Origin: Felis catus
Taxonomy: Eukaryota
DNA length: 64,000 bases
Direction of reading: 5' to 3'
Assembly: GCF_018350175.1 (NCBI RefSeq)
Contig: NC_058368.1
Span: 106,208,001-106,272,000 of the forward strand
The notes beneath the pieces were generated by a model. It saw nothing but the letters and a program-made list of their open reading frames with translations, searched no databases and was not told the origin of the DNA. Made by a program: the position numbers and the translations under genes. The stretch's first letter is position 1; each line of letters begins with the position of its first letter. Shown piece after piece: positions 63,201-64,000 of this stretch.

Positions 63201-64000
63201 TGAAAGACCAACCAATATCATCCTCCCTGGGAAAAAGCTGAGAGCTTTCTCCCTAAGGTCAGGAACCCTACAGGGATGTCCCCTCTCACCACTGTTACTC
63301 AACATGGTATTGGAAGTGTTAGCCTCAGCAATTAGACAACACAAAGGAATAAAAGGCATCCAAATCAGCCAGGAGGAGGTCAAATTTTCACTCATCACAG
63401 ATGGCATGATACTCTATATGAAACACCCAAAAGATTCCACCAAAAACTGCTAGAACTGATCCATTAATTCAGCAAAGTCACAGGGTATAAAATCAATGCA
63501 CAGAAATCGGTTGCACTCTTATATACCAATAATGAATCAAAAGAAAGAGAAATCAAGGAATCGATCCCATTTACAATTGCACCAAAAAACATAAAATACC
63601 TAGGAATAAACACAACCAAAGAGTTCAAAAATCTATACACTGAAACCTATAGAAAGCTTATGAAAGAGATTGAAGACCCAAAGAAATGGAAAAACATTCC
63701 ATGCTCCTGGATTGGAAGAACAAACTTTGTTAAAATGTCGATACTACCCAAAGCAATCTACATATTCAGTGCAATCCCCATCAAAATAACACCAGCATTC
63801 TTCACAGAGCTAGAACAAACAGCCCTAAAATTTGTATGAAACTGAAAAAGACTCTGAATAGCCAAAGCAATCTTGAAAAAGAAAACCGATGCTGGGGACA
63901 TCACAATTCTGGACTTGAAGATATGTTACAAAGCTGTAATCACCAAGACAGTATGGTACTGGCACAAAAACAGGTGCTCCGGTCAATGGAACAGAATAAG

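Overview
Mammalian genomic DNA, almost certainly a felid: it carries many young tRNA-derived CanSINEs of the cat SINEC_Fc type and carnivore L1s. The only protein-coding feature is the first coding exon of SLC27A6 (FATP6; + strand, 48356-48836). It lies in a CpG island (~47320-48860) and is followed by intron to the window end. The rest is intergenic or intronic and dominated by repeats. These include a full-length frameshifted L1 with a perfect 14-bp TSD (34112-40035, -) and a second, older sense-oriented intronic L1 (57868 to window end) with a nested inverted L1 3' fragment. There is also a near-complete hAT (BLACKJACK-like) DNA transposon fossil (~6580-9808), a tailless 3'-truncated U4 snRNA retropseudogene (25812-25879), over 30 SINEs, LTR/L2/MIR relics and microsatellites. 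I found no convincing evidence of a wholly new biological system. The most interesting observations concern retrotransposition mechanics, the hAT fossil and the translation-initiation context of SLC27A6. Repeat family names come from remembered consensus sequences, not a database search, and boundaries of old repeats are approximate.
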